Positions 25,930-34,937 of a DNA stretch of 49,540 nucleotides are shown here, piece after piece; position 1 is the first letter of the stretch, and the number at the start of each line of letters is the position of its first letter. This DNA comes from Candidatus Microgenomates bacterium. GTDB lineage: Bacteria; Patescibacteriota; Microgenomatia; UBA8517. The notes beneath the pieces are model-generated. The model had not been told where the DNA came from. It did not search any database and saw only the letters and a program-made list of their open reading frames with translations. The DNA is taken from positions 1 to 49,540 of the forward strand of contig JADHUT010000004.1 in the NCBI GenBank assembly GCA_016784385.1, given 5' to 3'. Made by a program: the position numbers and the translations under genes.

Positions 25930-26018
25930 AAGGTAGCTTCTCTTGGTTAGTCATGCCTATAGTATACTATATGTACTAGTATCTTTTCAAATCCACTATA
26001 ATCTGTGAAAATAAGATA

Positions 26019-26768
26019 GTGAGAAGAAAAAAAAGAAAAAAGATATATTTCAACAAGAAAGTTCGAAGTAGAAAAAAAGTTAATTACTTCAAAATACTTT
26101 CTATCTTTCTCATTGCCATACTTCTTGTATCGACGCCCATATTTATTAAAAAACTTGTAGTTATTAAAAGTATAAATTGCACTTCCCAATATGGAGAATG
26201 CCCAGAGGAGTTGATGATAACTGTTTCTACTGTTGTAAACAGTGATTTAAAATCCACCAAAAAGCAACTAAGCGAAATATTGAAGGATAGTTTTTTGGTA
26301 GAAAATTTTTTGATTCAATATAAACTTCCTTCCACAATTGAGCTTGATATTGTTGTGAAAAAACCAAAATTTGCAATTAAAGACAAAAATTCAAATACAT
26401 ATTATTTGCTCGACCGTGATGGTGTTGTTTTAGAACAAAATAGTCTTACTAACATCCCCTTTGTTTCAGTGCAGGGAACTAAACTAATCATGGGGGAAAA
26501 AGCTCCAGACAAACTCATATTCGCAAACCAAATAATGTATGAGTTTAATTGGTTGTATAAAATAGATGGTGGAGAGATTGTAGATGATGGGCTGTTTGTA
26601 CAGTTAGAATCTGGTCACTTGGTTATTTTTCCACTACAAGGAGATGTAGACAGCTTGATAGGAGCTATTAGATTAATTAATTCACGCTTGAATGAAAGCA
26701 ACAATGGCATTAGAATGGAAAATGTGCACGAGATTGATTTGCGATTTAAAAATCCTGTGATAAGGTAG
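26019..26768 (+). CDS. ftsQ: FtsQ/DivIB-like cell division protein
   Basis: Basic N-terminus, a single TM (ILSIFLIAILLVSTPIF) and an extracytoplasmic domain. Position immediately upstream of ftsA-ftsZ. GTG start. Confidence 0.6.
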   Translation: MRRKKRKKIYFNKKVRSRKKVNYFKILSIFLIAILLVSTPIFIKKLVVIKSINCTSQYGECPEELMITVSTVVNSDLKSTKKQLSEILKDSFLVENFLIQYKLPSTIELDIVVKKPKFAIKDKNSNTYYLLDRDGVVLEQNSLTNIPFVSVQGTKLIMGEKAPDKLIFANQIMYEFNWLYKIDGGEIVDDGLFVQLESGHLVIFPLQGDVDSLIGAIRLINSRLNESNNGIRMENVHEIDLRFKNPVIR

Positions 26769-26777
26769 ATAAAAATT

Positions 26778-28067
26778 ATGAACAAAACAAAAATCATTGC
26801 AGCGATTGAGTTGGGAAGTAGTAAAACTGCAACCATAATCGGTCAGGTCCAAACAGATGAGAATAGTTTTGAGAAAAGTATTAGTGTTATTGGAGTTTCA
26901 GCTGTTGAATCTGCAGGGATTAAAAAAGGTCAAATTGTAAATATTGAAGAATCAGTAGAAGCTGCAATTTCTTCTATTGAAGCCGCTGAGAGAATGGCAG
27001 GTCATAATTTAAGTTCAGCTTTTGTCTCGGTGGGTGGAGCACACATCCATTCACAAAATTCCAGAGGAGTTGTTGCAGTATCAGGTGTAGGCGGTGAAAT
27101 TGGAGTGTCTGATGTGGACCGTGTAATAGATGCAGCTTCAGCAATTTCACTTCCAGCAAGTAGAGAAGTAATCCATGTACTACCCAGAGAATATATAGTT
27201 GATGGTGAAACTGGGGTCAAAGATCCCATTGGAATGAGTGGAGTTAGGCTTGAGGTGGATACACATGTGGTTACTGCTTCAACTGCAGCTGTAAAGAATT
27301 TAACAAAGTCGTTGGGTGAGGCAGGGGTTAACATAGATGACCTGGTTTTTACAGGTCTTGCATCATCTGAGTCAGTGCTATCAGACACTGAGAAGGAGTT
27401 GGGGTGTGTACTTATAGATATCGGTGCAGGAACTACTTCTGTTGCCGTGTTTATAGAAGGCTCCCTGGCATATTCCGGAGTAATTCCAGTTGGTGCCAGA
27501 AATGTAACAAACGACATTGCTATTGGACTTAGAGTTTCTCTAGAAGCTGCTGAGAAAATTAAAATTTTCCTTTCTTCTGAGAGAAAGAGGTCTCCTCAAG
27601 AAAACTCAAAAAATTTAAATCAAGATGATTTGGATGTAAATGCGCTTGGGATCACTGAGTTGAAAAAAGTATCTAAAAAAACACTAACTGAAGGAATAAT
27701 AAGACCTAGGCTAAATGAGATATTTACAATGGTTAGGTTGGAACTTGAAAAAGAGCAGTTATTAAATAGAATTCCATCAGGAGCAGTTGTCACTGGTGGG
27801 GGAGCAAAAACAGTCGGGGTAGTGGACTCTGCCAAAAGAATGATGAGTTTACCAGTGCGAATTGGAGTTCCGGGAGGGGTAGTTGGCTTGATTGATGATG
27901 TAATTGATCCGATGTTTTCAACAGCACTAGGGCTTTTGATATTTGGATCAAAACAAGATGGGGAAGGAGCCGGTGGATTTAAGTTTCCAGGGAAGCTAAG
28001 TTTCAAAAAACCAAACCTTGGCTTGTTTGGGAAAATGGTTGAATCCATAAAGGACTTACTGCCCTGA
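26778..28067 (+). CDS. ftsA: Cell division protein FtsA
   Basis: Actin-like ATPase blocks IAAIELGSSKT, LIDIGAGTTSVAV and VVTGGGAK. Confidence 0.9.
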   Translation: MNKTKIIAAIELGSSKTATIIGQVQTDENSFEKSISVIGVSAVESAGIKKGQIVNIEESVEAAISSIEAAERMAGHNLSSAFVSVGGAHIHSQNSRGVVAVSGVGGEIGVSDVDRVIDAASAISLPASREVIHVLPREYIVDGETGVKDPIGMSGVRLEVDTHVVTASTAAVKNLTKSLGEAGVNIDDLVFTGLASSESVLSDTEKELGCVLIDIGAGTTSVAVFIEGSLAYSGVIPVGARNVTNDIAIGLRVSLEAAEKIKIFLSSERKRSPQENSKNLNQDDLDVNALGITELKKVSKKTLTEGIIRPRLNEIFTMVRLELEKEQLLNRIPSGAVVTGGGAKTVGVVDSAKRMMSLPVRIGVPGGVVGLIDDVIDPMFSTALGLLIFGSKQDGEGAGGFKFPGKLSFKKPNLGLFGKMVESIKDLLP

Positions 28068-28075
28068 AAAATACT

Positions 28076-28103
28076 TTGACAAAGTATACAAAACAGTTAT
28101 AAT
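28076..28103 (+). promoter_or_regulatory. Sigma70-like promoter upstream of ftsZ
   Basis: TTGACA (28076-28081), a 16-nt spacer, then TATAAT (28098-28103). Both hexamers match consensus. The leader to the ftsZ ATG would be about 55 nt. Confidence 0.55.
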
Positions 28104-28165
28104 GCGCTTAAATACTGCCCCGTTTACAAAACTCTTTTCTTTTTGGAAAAAATGAGACAAATTAT

Positions 28166-29323
28166 ATGGCATTAGTTAAACCAGACTCAGCAAGAATAGC
28201 TAAAATAAAAGTAATTGGAGTGGGTGGTGGTGGAGGAAACGCAGTTTCCTCAATGGTAGAAAACGAAACTATCGCTGGAGTTGAGTTTATAGTCGCAAAC
28301 ACTGATGCACAAGTACTTCTAGCCAACAAAGCTCCAACAAAAATTCAGATCGGCGAAAAACTTACAAAGGGCTTAGGAGTTGGTGGAAATCCAGAAGTAG
28401 GGGAAGCTGCAGCAGAAGAATCAATTGAAAAGATAAAAGAGTTGATGATTGATGTTGACATGGTTTTTGTGACTGCTGGAATGGGTGGAGGAACAGGAAC
28501 AGGAGCTGCTGCAGTTATTGCAAAAGTAGCCAAAGAAGCAGGAGCGTTGACAGTTGGAATTGTAACAAAACCATTTGCATTTGAAGGAACAAGAAGGACG
28601 GTGGTAGCTGAAGATGGAATAGAAAAGTTAAGAGAGCAAGTTGATACTTTAATTGTCATTCCAAACCAACGCCTTATGGATGTAATTGACAGGAAAATGA
28701 CCTTAGTGGAAGCCTTCAAGGTAGTAGATTCAGTTCTAGAACAAGCAGTTGGTGGAATTTCAGAAATTATAACCACCCCAGGTCTTGTTAACGTTGATTT
28801 TGCAGACGTAAAAGCAATTATGAGTGATGCTGGTACTGCACTACTTGGTATTGGAACAGGGGTTGGAGAAAATAGGGCACAAATGGCAGCAAGAGCAGCT
28901 GTTTCTTCTCCATTATTAGACCTTTCCATAGAAGGAGCCAGAGGAGTTTTGTTCAATATTGCAGGTGGAAATGACTTGACCATGTTTGAGGTAGATGAAG
29001 CCGCAAGAATCATAAGCTCAGCTGCAGATCCTGATGCAAATATTATTTTTGGATCAGTAATCAAAGACGATCTTTCAGATCAAGTAAGAATTACTGTCAT
29101 AGCAACTGGATTTGATGAAACAAGAGCGAGAATTGCACAACTCAGCAAACCAACAAAACCAGTGGTGCAAGGAGTAGTATCTGAAGGAAAACCTTTAGAT
29201 GATGAAGAAGAAGAGAGCACCTCAAATGGTCAGATGGATGATGATGAGAATGGAAATGACAAAGATAATGACACTTTTGGGGAAAAATTTGAAATTCCTG
29301 CATTTCTTCGTAAAATCCGCTAA
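28166..29323 (+). CDS. ftsZ: Cell division GTPase FtsZ
   Basis: [10 protein letters not shown] and the tubulin signature GGGTGTGAA, with NTDAQ. Acidic C-terminal linker and a terminal FEIPAFLRK peptide. Confidence 0.97.
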   Translation: MALVKPDSARIAKIKVIGVGGGGGNAVSSMVENETIAGVEFIVANTDAQVLLANKAPTKIQIGEKLTKGLGVGGNPEVGEAAAEESIEKIKELMIDVDMVFVTAGMGGGTGTGAAAVIAKVAKEAGALTVGIVTKPFAFEGTRRTVVAEDGIEKLREQVDTLIVIPNQRLMDVIDRKMTLVEAFKVVDSVLEQAVGGISEIITTPGLVNVDFADVKAIMSDAGTALLGIGTGVGENRAQMAARAAVSSPLLDLSIEGARGVLFNIAGGNDLTMFEVDEAARIISSAADPDANIIFGSVIKDDLSDQVRITVIATGFDETRARIAQLSKPTKPVVQGVVSEGKPLDDEEEESTSNGQMDDDENGNDKDNDTFGEKFEIPAFLRKIR

Positions 29324-29368
29324 ATAAAAAACTGGAAGGGAGGGGTAATTTGTCGTAGAATTAGCCCA

Positions 29369-30406
29369 ATGAGTAAAAGATATGATGTTTGGATTTTGGT
29401 ACCCATTATTTTTCTTTTGGCTTTAAGTTTTGTAGTTTTGCACTCTATTGCTCCTCATATTTTCCCTTCTTATATTTGGTATTTTGTATTGGGTATACTA
29501 GCCTTTCTTTTGTTTTCACTTTTTGATTTTGAAGTATTGTCTGCATTTTCTAAGTACTTCTATGGAATTAGTATAATTTTGCTTCTAATTACGATTCTAA
29601 TAGGTCAAGTTACAAGAGGAACGGTGAGATGGATTCCAATAGGTTCACTTTCAATCCAAACTTCAGAAATTGTAAGACCATTCCTTCTCATTTTTTTTGC
29701 CAATTACCTGACAGAGAAAAAACTAGATTTCAAAAGGTTCTACAAGGCATTAGGGTTATTTGCACTTCCTGCGTTTTTAATTTTGATTCAACCTTCTCTG
29801 GGAGTTGCAGTTCTGACTACAATTGGTTTTTTTGGAATATTTATAGCATCTGATTTCAAAAAGAAAAATTTGCTTGTTGCTGGAATTGGAGTATTTTGCC
29901 TTCTTCCTTTACTGTGGTTTGTTCTTGCTCCTTATCAAAAACAAAGAATAACAACATTTCTGGATCCTTCTAAAGATCCCCTGGGGGCAGGATACAATTC
30001 CATTCAATCAATGGTATCAGTAGGATCTGGAAAACTAACAGGAAGAGGGCTTGGTAGAGGAGTACAAACACAGCTTTACTTCTTGCCAGAAAAACATACT
30101 GATTTTATTTTTGCGAGCGTGTCGGAAGAAATGGGTTTTGTGGGAGCAACAGTTCTTCTTTTTGTTACAGCAATTTTATTTTGGAGGATACTATATTTTT
30201 CAGAAAGAGCAGTTAACCCACAAGCCCGGGGCTATCTTTCGGGGCTTTTTCTAATGCTTTTTGCGCAAGTAGTGGTGCATGTTGGTATGAATATGGGGTT
30301 ACTTCCCATTACAGGTGTACCATATCCATTAGTTTCTGCAGGAGGGTCTTCACTACTTGCAACAATGACTTCACTAGGGATTGTATTGGGGACCATAAAA
30401 CATTAA
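29369..30406 (+). CDS. rodA: SEDS-family protein (RodA-like)
   Basis: RWIPIGSLSIQTSE and LPEKHTDFIFASVSEEMGFVG. This is the second SEDS paralogue in the window. Confidence 0.8.
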   Translation: MSKRYDVWILVPIIFLLALSFVVLHSIAPHIFPSYIWYFVLGILAFLLFSLFDFEVLSAFSKYFYGISIILLLITILIGQVTRGTVRWIPIGSLSIQTSEIVRPFLLIFFANYLTEKKLDFKRFYKALGLFALPAFLILIQPSLGVAVLTTIGFFGIFIASDFKKKNLLVAGIGVFCLLPLLWFVLAPYQKQRITTFLDPSKDPLGAGYNSIQSMVSVGSGKLTGRGLGRGVQTQLYFLPEKHTDFIFASVSEEMGFVGATVLLFVTAILFWRILYFSERAVNPQARGYLSGLFLMLFAQVVVHVGMNMGLLPITGVPYPLVSAGGSSLLATMTSLGIVLGTIKH

Positions 30407-30424
30407 AGCCACCATTCTGTATTT

Positions 30425-30700
30425 TTATCTTCTTCGTAAAAAAGCTTTCATTTCAGGAGTATTGTTGAATTTAAAAAGATCTAATCCACTTTTTTCAACA
30501 GTTGTTCTACCTATCGTGTCACCGACAGAGTTAACGCCTTCTGTTTCAAAGGTTATACCGTCTGTCTTTTCCGCAACTGTTTTTCTTATAAGAGCCTCTT
30601 CTTCTGTCATACTTACAACAAAGTCAACCGGAGGTTTCAATCTCATATATTTCTTTTTTTCTCTTGATGTAATCCACTTTATTATTATTCTTTCACCCAT
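30425..30700 (-). CDS. Hypothetical protein (91 aa)
   Basis: ORF only. Confidence 0.35.
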   Translation of the reverse strand: MGERIIIKWITSREKKKYMRLKPPVDFVVSMTEEEALIRKTVAEKTDGITFETEGVNSVGDTIGRTTVEKSGLDLFKFNNTPEMKAFLRRR

Positions 30701-30784
30701 AGTTACATTATAACTTATTTTTTTATTCTTTTAAAGTACAAAATTCTCACTTTGTTACAAAGATCATATTTTTACCTTTTCTCC

Positions 30785-30813
30785 TTGTTTTTGCACTCGA
30801 TACACACTAAAAT
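30785..30813 (+). promoter_or_regulatory. Candidate promoter of rplU
   Basis: TTGTTT, a 17-nt spacer, then TAAAAT (30808-30813). The -10 box ends 9 nt before the ATG at 30823. Confidence 0.4.
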
Positions 30814-30822
30814 ACCTAACGT

Positions 30823-31245
30823 ATGGCAAAAGTTACTGAAACAAAGAAAAAAATTGCAAAAAAAGTGGTAGTCAAGAAAACTACATCTAAGGAAAAAAAA
30901 GTTGCTGGAAAATCTGCTGTTAAAAAATATGCAGTTATTCGTATAAACGGCAGGCAGTACATAGTGGAAGAAGGAAAAGAACTTCTTGTAGATAAGCTGA
31001 GCTTGGCCGGCTCCGCCGGTAAAATAGAGACTATAACACCCGAGGTATTGCTTGTGGTTGTGGGAGACAGTGTAAAGGTGGGAAAACCAATAGTAACTGG
31101 GGTTTCTGTAAAAATCAAAGTAATTACAGAAATTGAAAAAGGTAAAAAATTAAGAGTATTTAAGTACAAATCAAAATCCCGCTATCGAAAAACAGTCGGC
31201 TTCAGGCCAAAATACACAAGAATATTAATTGAAAAGATTTCTTAA
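30823..31245 (+). CDS. rplU: 50S ribosomal protein L21 with a Lys-rich N-terminal extension
   Basis: KYAVIRINGRQYIVEEGKELLVDKL core, preceded by about 35 residues of K-rich sequence. Confidence 0.9.
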   Translation: MAKVTETKKKIAKKVVVKKTTSKEKKVAGKSAVKKYAVIRINGRQYIVEEGKELLVDKLSLAGSAGKIETITPEVLLVVVGDSVKVGKPIVTGVSVKIKVITEIEKGKKLRVFKYKSKSRYRKTVGFRPKYTRILIEKIS

Positions 31246-31277
31246 CAAAATAACTCAAACTACATCTTTCTGGTCTC

Positions 31278-31306
31278 TTGACAAGCGTGAAAATGTGGTT
31301 TATATT
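31278..31306 (+). promoter_or_regulatory. Sigma70-like promoter of rpmA
   Basis: TTGACA (31278-31283), a 17-nt spacer, then TATATT (31301-31306). The -10 box ends 11 nt before the ATG at 31318. Confidence 0.55.
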
Positions 31307-31317
31307 GAACACTAACT

Positions 31318-31578
31318 ATGGCACACAAGAAAGCAGGAGGAAAAACAGGACAACACATTAGCCCAAGTGGTAAAAGGTTGGGTACAAAAGTATCTGATGG
31401 TCAAACTGTTAGTGGTGGAGAGATATTAATAAGACAACGTGGGACTAAAATTGCAGCAGGTAAAAATGTAAAAGTAGGTAGAGACCACACTTTGTTTTCA
31501 ACAGTTGCTGGTGTAGTGAGATTTGGTACAAAACTAGGTAAAAATATTGTTAATGTAGTTGAGAGTAAAACTAAATAA
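31318..31578 (+). CDS. rpmA: 50S ribosomal protein L27
   Basis: [12 protein letters not shown]... and ILIRQRGTK... are classic L27 sequence. There is no cleavable N-terminal extension. Confidence 0.95.
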   Translation: MAHKKAGGKTGQHISPSGKRLGTKVSDGQTVSGGEILIRQRGTKIAAGKNVKVGRDHTLFSTVAGVVRFGTKLGKNIVNVVESKTK

Positions 31579-32414
31579 TGGCAGAAGAAATAGTACAACT
31601 AGACGTAAATCAACTCCAACCAAATCCTCTTCAACCTCGTGGTGCAATAACTCCTGAAAGTTTAGTAGACCTTGTTGATTCAATTCGAGAGCACGGTGTA
31701 CTAGAACCATTAGTCATAGCCAAAACTCCAGCAGGATTTCAGTTAATTGCAGGTGAGAGAAGATGGAGAGCATCAAAATTGGCAGGATTAACCCATGTTC
31801 CTGTAATTATTAGAGAAACTACTCCAAAAGGAATGCTTGAGATGGCAATTGTTGAAAATGTGCAAAGAGTTGATCTTAATGCACTTGACCGCGCAAAGGG
31901 TTTTGAAAGATTAATGGATGAGTTTGGACTAACTACTAGTGAGGTTGCAGTACGAATTGGAAAATCAGTTGCATATGTAAGTAACTCCCTAAGGCTATTA
32001 ACACTACCTGATGCCCTGAAAGACGGACTACTCTCCGGGCTTATCTCAGAAGGTCATGCAAGGGCACTAGCAGCTGTTGATGATGTAGACTTGATGGTTG
32101 AAGCATACAAAATAATTCTTCGTGAGAGTGGATCTGTAAGAAGAGCAGAAGAGCTTGCAAGAAGGATGAAAGCACAGTCAAATCAAACCCCAAAAGTAAA
32201 TCTTCCCAAGATGCACATAGTTTCAGAAGAAATTGACAGAATGAAAGAAAGTTTTGAAAAAGCATTAGGGGGAGTAGAAAAAGAAGGCAAAAAACTAAAT
32301 GAAGTGAAATTAGCAAGAAGCAGAAGAGAAACAAGGCTTACTTTTGTACTAAAAGGATCTCTAGAAGACACAGAACAAAGACTAAATTTGATTCACAAAG
32401 CTATAACTTCATAA
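31578..32414 (+). CDS. parB: ParB/Spo0J-family partition protein
   Basis: LQPNPLQPRG, LEPLVI and the GERRWRAS box, followed by an HTH region. TAATG overlap with rpmA. Confidence 0.85.
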   Translation: MAEEIVQLDVNQLQPNPLQPRGAITPESLVDLVDSIREHGVLEPLVIAKTPAGFQLIAGERRWRASKLAGLTHVPVIIRETTPKGMLEMAIVENVQRVDLNALDRAKGFERLMDEFGLTTSEVAVRIGKSVAYVSNSLRLLTLPDALKDGLLSGLISEGHARALAAVDDVDLMVEAYKIILRESGSVRRAEELARRMKAQSNQTPKVNLPKMHIVSEEIDRMKESFEKALGGVEKEGKKLNEVKLARSRRETRLTFVLKGSLEDTEQRLNLIHKAITS

Positions 32415-32443
32415 ATAACTCTTGTCAATTTTTTGAAAATATT

Positions 32444-33001
32444 TTAATAGTCAGGAGTTTCAACTTTTCCTGTTTGTTTAGGTGGCCAATATACAACCCA
32501 TGCTCTTCCAGCCATACTTTTTTTGTCAATAGGTCCCCACATACGAGAATCTGATGAATGTGGCCTGTTGTCTCCAATTGCAAAGAAAAGACCTTCTGGT
32601 ACTATGTATGATTCTCCTTCTGACAAAAAGTTTCCTGGATTTGTAGGAACAATGTCTGCAATGTAGTCTTCTTTGAGTAATTTGTCATTTATATATACTT
32701 TTCCATTTTTAAGAGAAACTGTTTCTCCCGGGAGTCCAATTACACGCTTTATAAATTCATCATCAGAAACAGGGGGTTTGAATACTATTACATCACCTCT
32801 TTGTGGTTCATTGAAGTAATAACTTACCTTTTCAGTTAATAAATACTCTCCATCAGGAAAATTTGGTTCCATCGAGGCACCTTTAATTTTGTGTGGGCGT
32901 AGGATTAGAAGGTAAACTATTAAAAATATCCCAACAGCTAATACAATTACCTCTAAAATGTCCAAAAAAAAAGCACCTAGACGTTTAAACATATTATTCA
33001 T
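32444..33001 (-). CDS. lepB: Signal peptidase I
   Basis: N-terminal TM, GASMEPNF (Ser nucleophile), IKRVIGLPGE (Lys) and GDNRPHSSDSR boxes. Confidence 0.9.
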   Translation of the reverse strand: MNNMFKRLGAFFLDILEVIVLAVGIFLIVYLLILRPHKIKGASMEPNFPDGEYLLTEKVSYYFNEPQRGDVIVFKPPVSDDEFIKRVIGLPGETVSLKNGKVYINDKLLKEDYIADIVPTNPGNFLSEGESYIVPEGLFFAIGDNRPHSSDSRMWGPIDKKSMAGRAWVVYWPPKQTGKVETPDY

Positions 33002-33011
33002 TATGAAAGCA

Positions 33012-34076
33012 TTAACTTTTTTTTACAAGTAGCACGTCGTGTGAGCCACTTTCCCTCATTCCTGAGGCAGTAATTTGAGTGAATTGGGCTTTTTTCCAAA
33101 GTTGCGCAATGTTTTTTGCTCCTGAGTATGAAAAACCAGAGCGAATATTGGCATTCATTTTTTCTATGACATCTTTTAGATCTCCCTTGTATTCAACCAA
33201 ACTTTCAACTCCTTCAATTTGTTTTATGTAATGAGTCTCCAATTCTTTTCCATTTCGTCTTACATGTTTTTTCTTTTCAGCGAGAGATGTAGAAGCATTG
33301 TATTGTTTGAAAAAAAGACCATTTTTCTTTATCAATTTACCTGGAGACTGTTTACTTCCTGCAAGTAGACTACCAGTCATGATTGCACAGGAGCCTGCAG
33401 CCAAAGCTTTTACAATATCTCCTGAATTTTTGGTTCCTCCATCAGCGATAATAGTTTTGTTGTATTTTTTTGCAGCTCTTGACGCTTCAAGAATTGCAGT
33501 AATCTGTGGAACCCCTGAACCTGTTTCAATTCGTGTGGTACAAATGCTTCCAGGTCCCACCCCAACCTTTACACTATCTGCTCCTGCCAAAAATAAAGCC
33601 TTAGCTGCCTCGAAAGTTGCAACATTACCTGAAACTATGTCAATTTTTCCACCAAACATTCTTTTCAGTTTTCTTGTAGCTGAAATGGCCTTTTGCATGT
33701 GTCCGTGTGCCACATCTAAAAATAATACGTCAACACCGGCTGCAACTAAGGCTTGTGCCCTTGGTATTATTCCGTTTCTTGATCCAATTGCACCACCCAC
33801 TATTACATTTTGTTTTTTAACTTTTGCAACCTGGCTTGCATGTGAGGCAATTGAATCAAAACGTGGTAAAACTCCAAGACCACCCAACTTACCAAGTGCT
33901 ATAGCCAATTTTGCATCTGTTGCATCACTCATGTTGGCAGAAATAATAGGGGTAGTTAATTTAATTTTAGGGGTAATTTGTGATTCTAGACTTACATCGT
34001 TTCTGCTGTGTATTTTTGAGTATTGTGGAATTAGGAGAACATCATCGTATGATAGTGATAGAGAAATGGTTTTCAT
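33012..34076 (-). CDS. IMP dehydrogenase/GMP reductase-family protein (no CBS insert)
   Basis: GVGPGSICTTRIETGSGVPQITAI catalytic-Cys loop and DVAHGH. 354 aa. Confidence 0.8.
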   Translation of the reverse strand: MKTISLSLSYDDVLLIPQYSKIHSRNDVSLESQITPKIKLTTPIISANMSDATDAKLAIALGKLGGLGVLPRFDSIASHASQVAKVKKQNVIVGGAIGSRNGIIPRAQALVAAGVDVLFLDVAHGHMQKAISATRKLKRMFGGKIDIVSGNVATFEAAKALFLAGADSVKVGVGPGSICTTRIETGSGVPQITAILEASRAAKKYNKTIIADGGTKNSGDIVKALAAGSCAIMTGSLLAGSKQSPGKLIKKNGLFFKQYNASTSLAEKKKHVRRNGKELETHYIKQIEGVESLVEYKGDLKDVIEKMNANIRSGFSYSGAKNIAQLWKKAQFTQITASGMRESGSHDVLLVKKS

Positions 34077-34173
34077 AATTTTTCAAACACATATTTAACA
34101 ATATATCTTTAAAAAATTAAAATCAATTCTGTAAAAGTACTTTTTAATCTGATAATATTAAAGGTTAATAGCT

Positions 34174-34247
34174 GGTCGCATAGCTCAGCTGGCTAGAGCG
34201 TACGATTCACATTCGTAAGGTCCCTGGTTCGAGCCCAGGTGCGACCA
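34174..34247 (+). tRNA. tRNA-Val (anticodon CAC)
   Basis: Hand-folded cloverleaf. Acceptor GGTCGCA/TGCGACC, D arm GCTC/GAGC, and anticodon stem TACGA/TCGTA with loop TTCACAT. T arm CCTGG-TTCGAGC-CCAGG and discriminator A. CCA is not encoded. Confidence 0.9.
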
Positions 34248-34289
34248 CACGAGTAATTGGATTATTCTCAAAAGTGTACACTAAACAAA

Positions 34290-34937
34290 ATGAATAAAAG
34301 ACTGAAATATTTGTTAATTTGGGCAACATTTTTATTTGCTGGACCAATAGCCGTCTATTTAAATACAGATATGCAAGTTATTGGAACTAATAGAATACTA
34401 ATAACTAATTTAATTCAAAGGTATTTAGGAACGGCCATTTTTGGAATGCTTGCTTTTCAAATTGTTTTTAGAGAAAAGATTAGTATTACCGCACACAAAC
34501 TAAGTGGAGCACTAATATATAGTTTGGTTTTACTCCACCCGGCTTTATGGATAGTTCAAAATTATTTCTTGAGGGGAAGTGTGGATATTTACTACCCCTT
34601 CATTGATATCTGTGGATTGTGTAAAGGTCCTGGTGAGTATTTTTATAATTCAGGACGATTGGCTTTTTGGAGTATTACATTGGCAGTTGGGGCTGCAGTT
34701 TTAGTTAGAATCATCAAAGACAAATGGTTGAGTAAAAATTGGAAAAATTTTCATGTATTAAACTATTTTGCATTTTACTTTGTGTCAATTCATGCTATTG
34801 GAATAGGTAGTGATATTACTCACCCTCTATTTATAATTTTATTTGTGATATCTCACATTTTAGTAGGAATGACTATAAAGAGGAGATTAAAGCTTGTAGG
34901 TTTGAAATCAAAGCTAAAGAAACTTCTGAGTCTATAA
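34290..34937 (+). CDS. Polytopic membrane protein, possibly ferric-reductase-like/heme-b-binding
   Basis: About 6 TM helices with conserved-looking His in helices (TAHKLSG, LLHPALW, SIHAIG). ATG at 34290 preferred over TTG at 34257. The family call is weak. Confidence 0.4.
   Translation: MNKRLKYLLIWATFLFAGPIAVYLNTDMQVIGTNRILITNLIQRYLGTAIFGMLAFQIVFREKISITAHKLSGALIYSLVLLHPALWIVQNYFLRGSVDIYYPFIDICGLCKGPGEYFYNSGRLAFWSITLAVGAAVLVRIIKDKWLSKNWKNFHVLNYFAFYFVSIHAIGIGSDITHPLFIILFVISHILVGMTIKRRLKLVGLKSKLKKLLSL

Noticed and set aside
28345-29064. Long antisense ORFs inside ftsZ (239 aa), the IMPDH gene (33298-34098, 266 aa), ftsA (27002-27517 and 27620-28048) and ftsW (23249-23695).
   Set aside because: They lie opposite genes with unmistakable conserved motifs. 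Their translations are low-complexity (Ser/Thr/Pro/Ala-rich) and lack start contexts. These are typical shadow ORFs of the slightly more GC-rich conserved genes.
31246-31317. A Prp (L27 protease) gene or L21-leader RNA between rplU and rpmA.
   Set aside because: The spacer is only 72 nt and is better explained by a consensus promoter. L27 lacks the cleavable N-terminal extension, so no Prp is expected.
34077-34173. A possible purine riboswitch upstream of the IMPDH-family gene.
   Set aside because: The 97-nt leader is almost pure A/T with no stable helices or recognisable riboswitch core.
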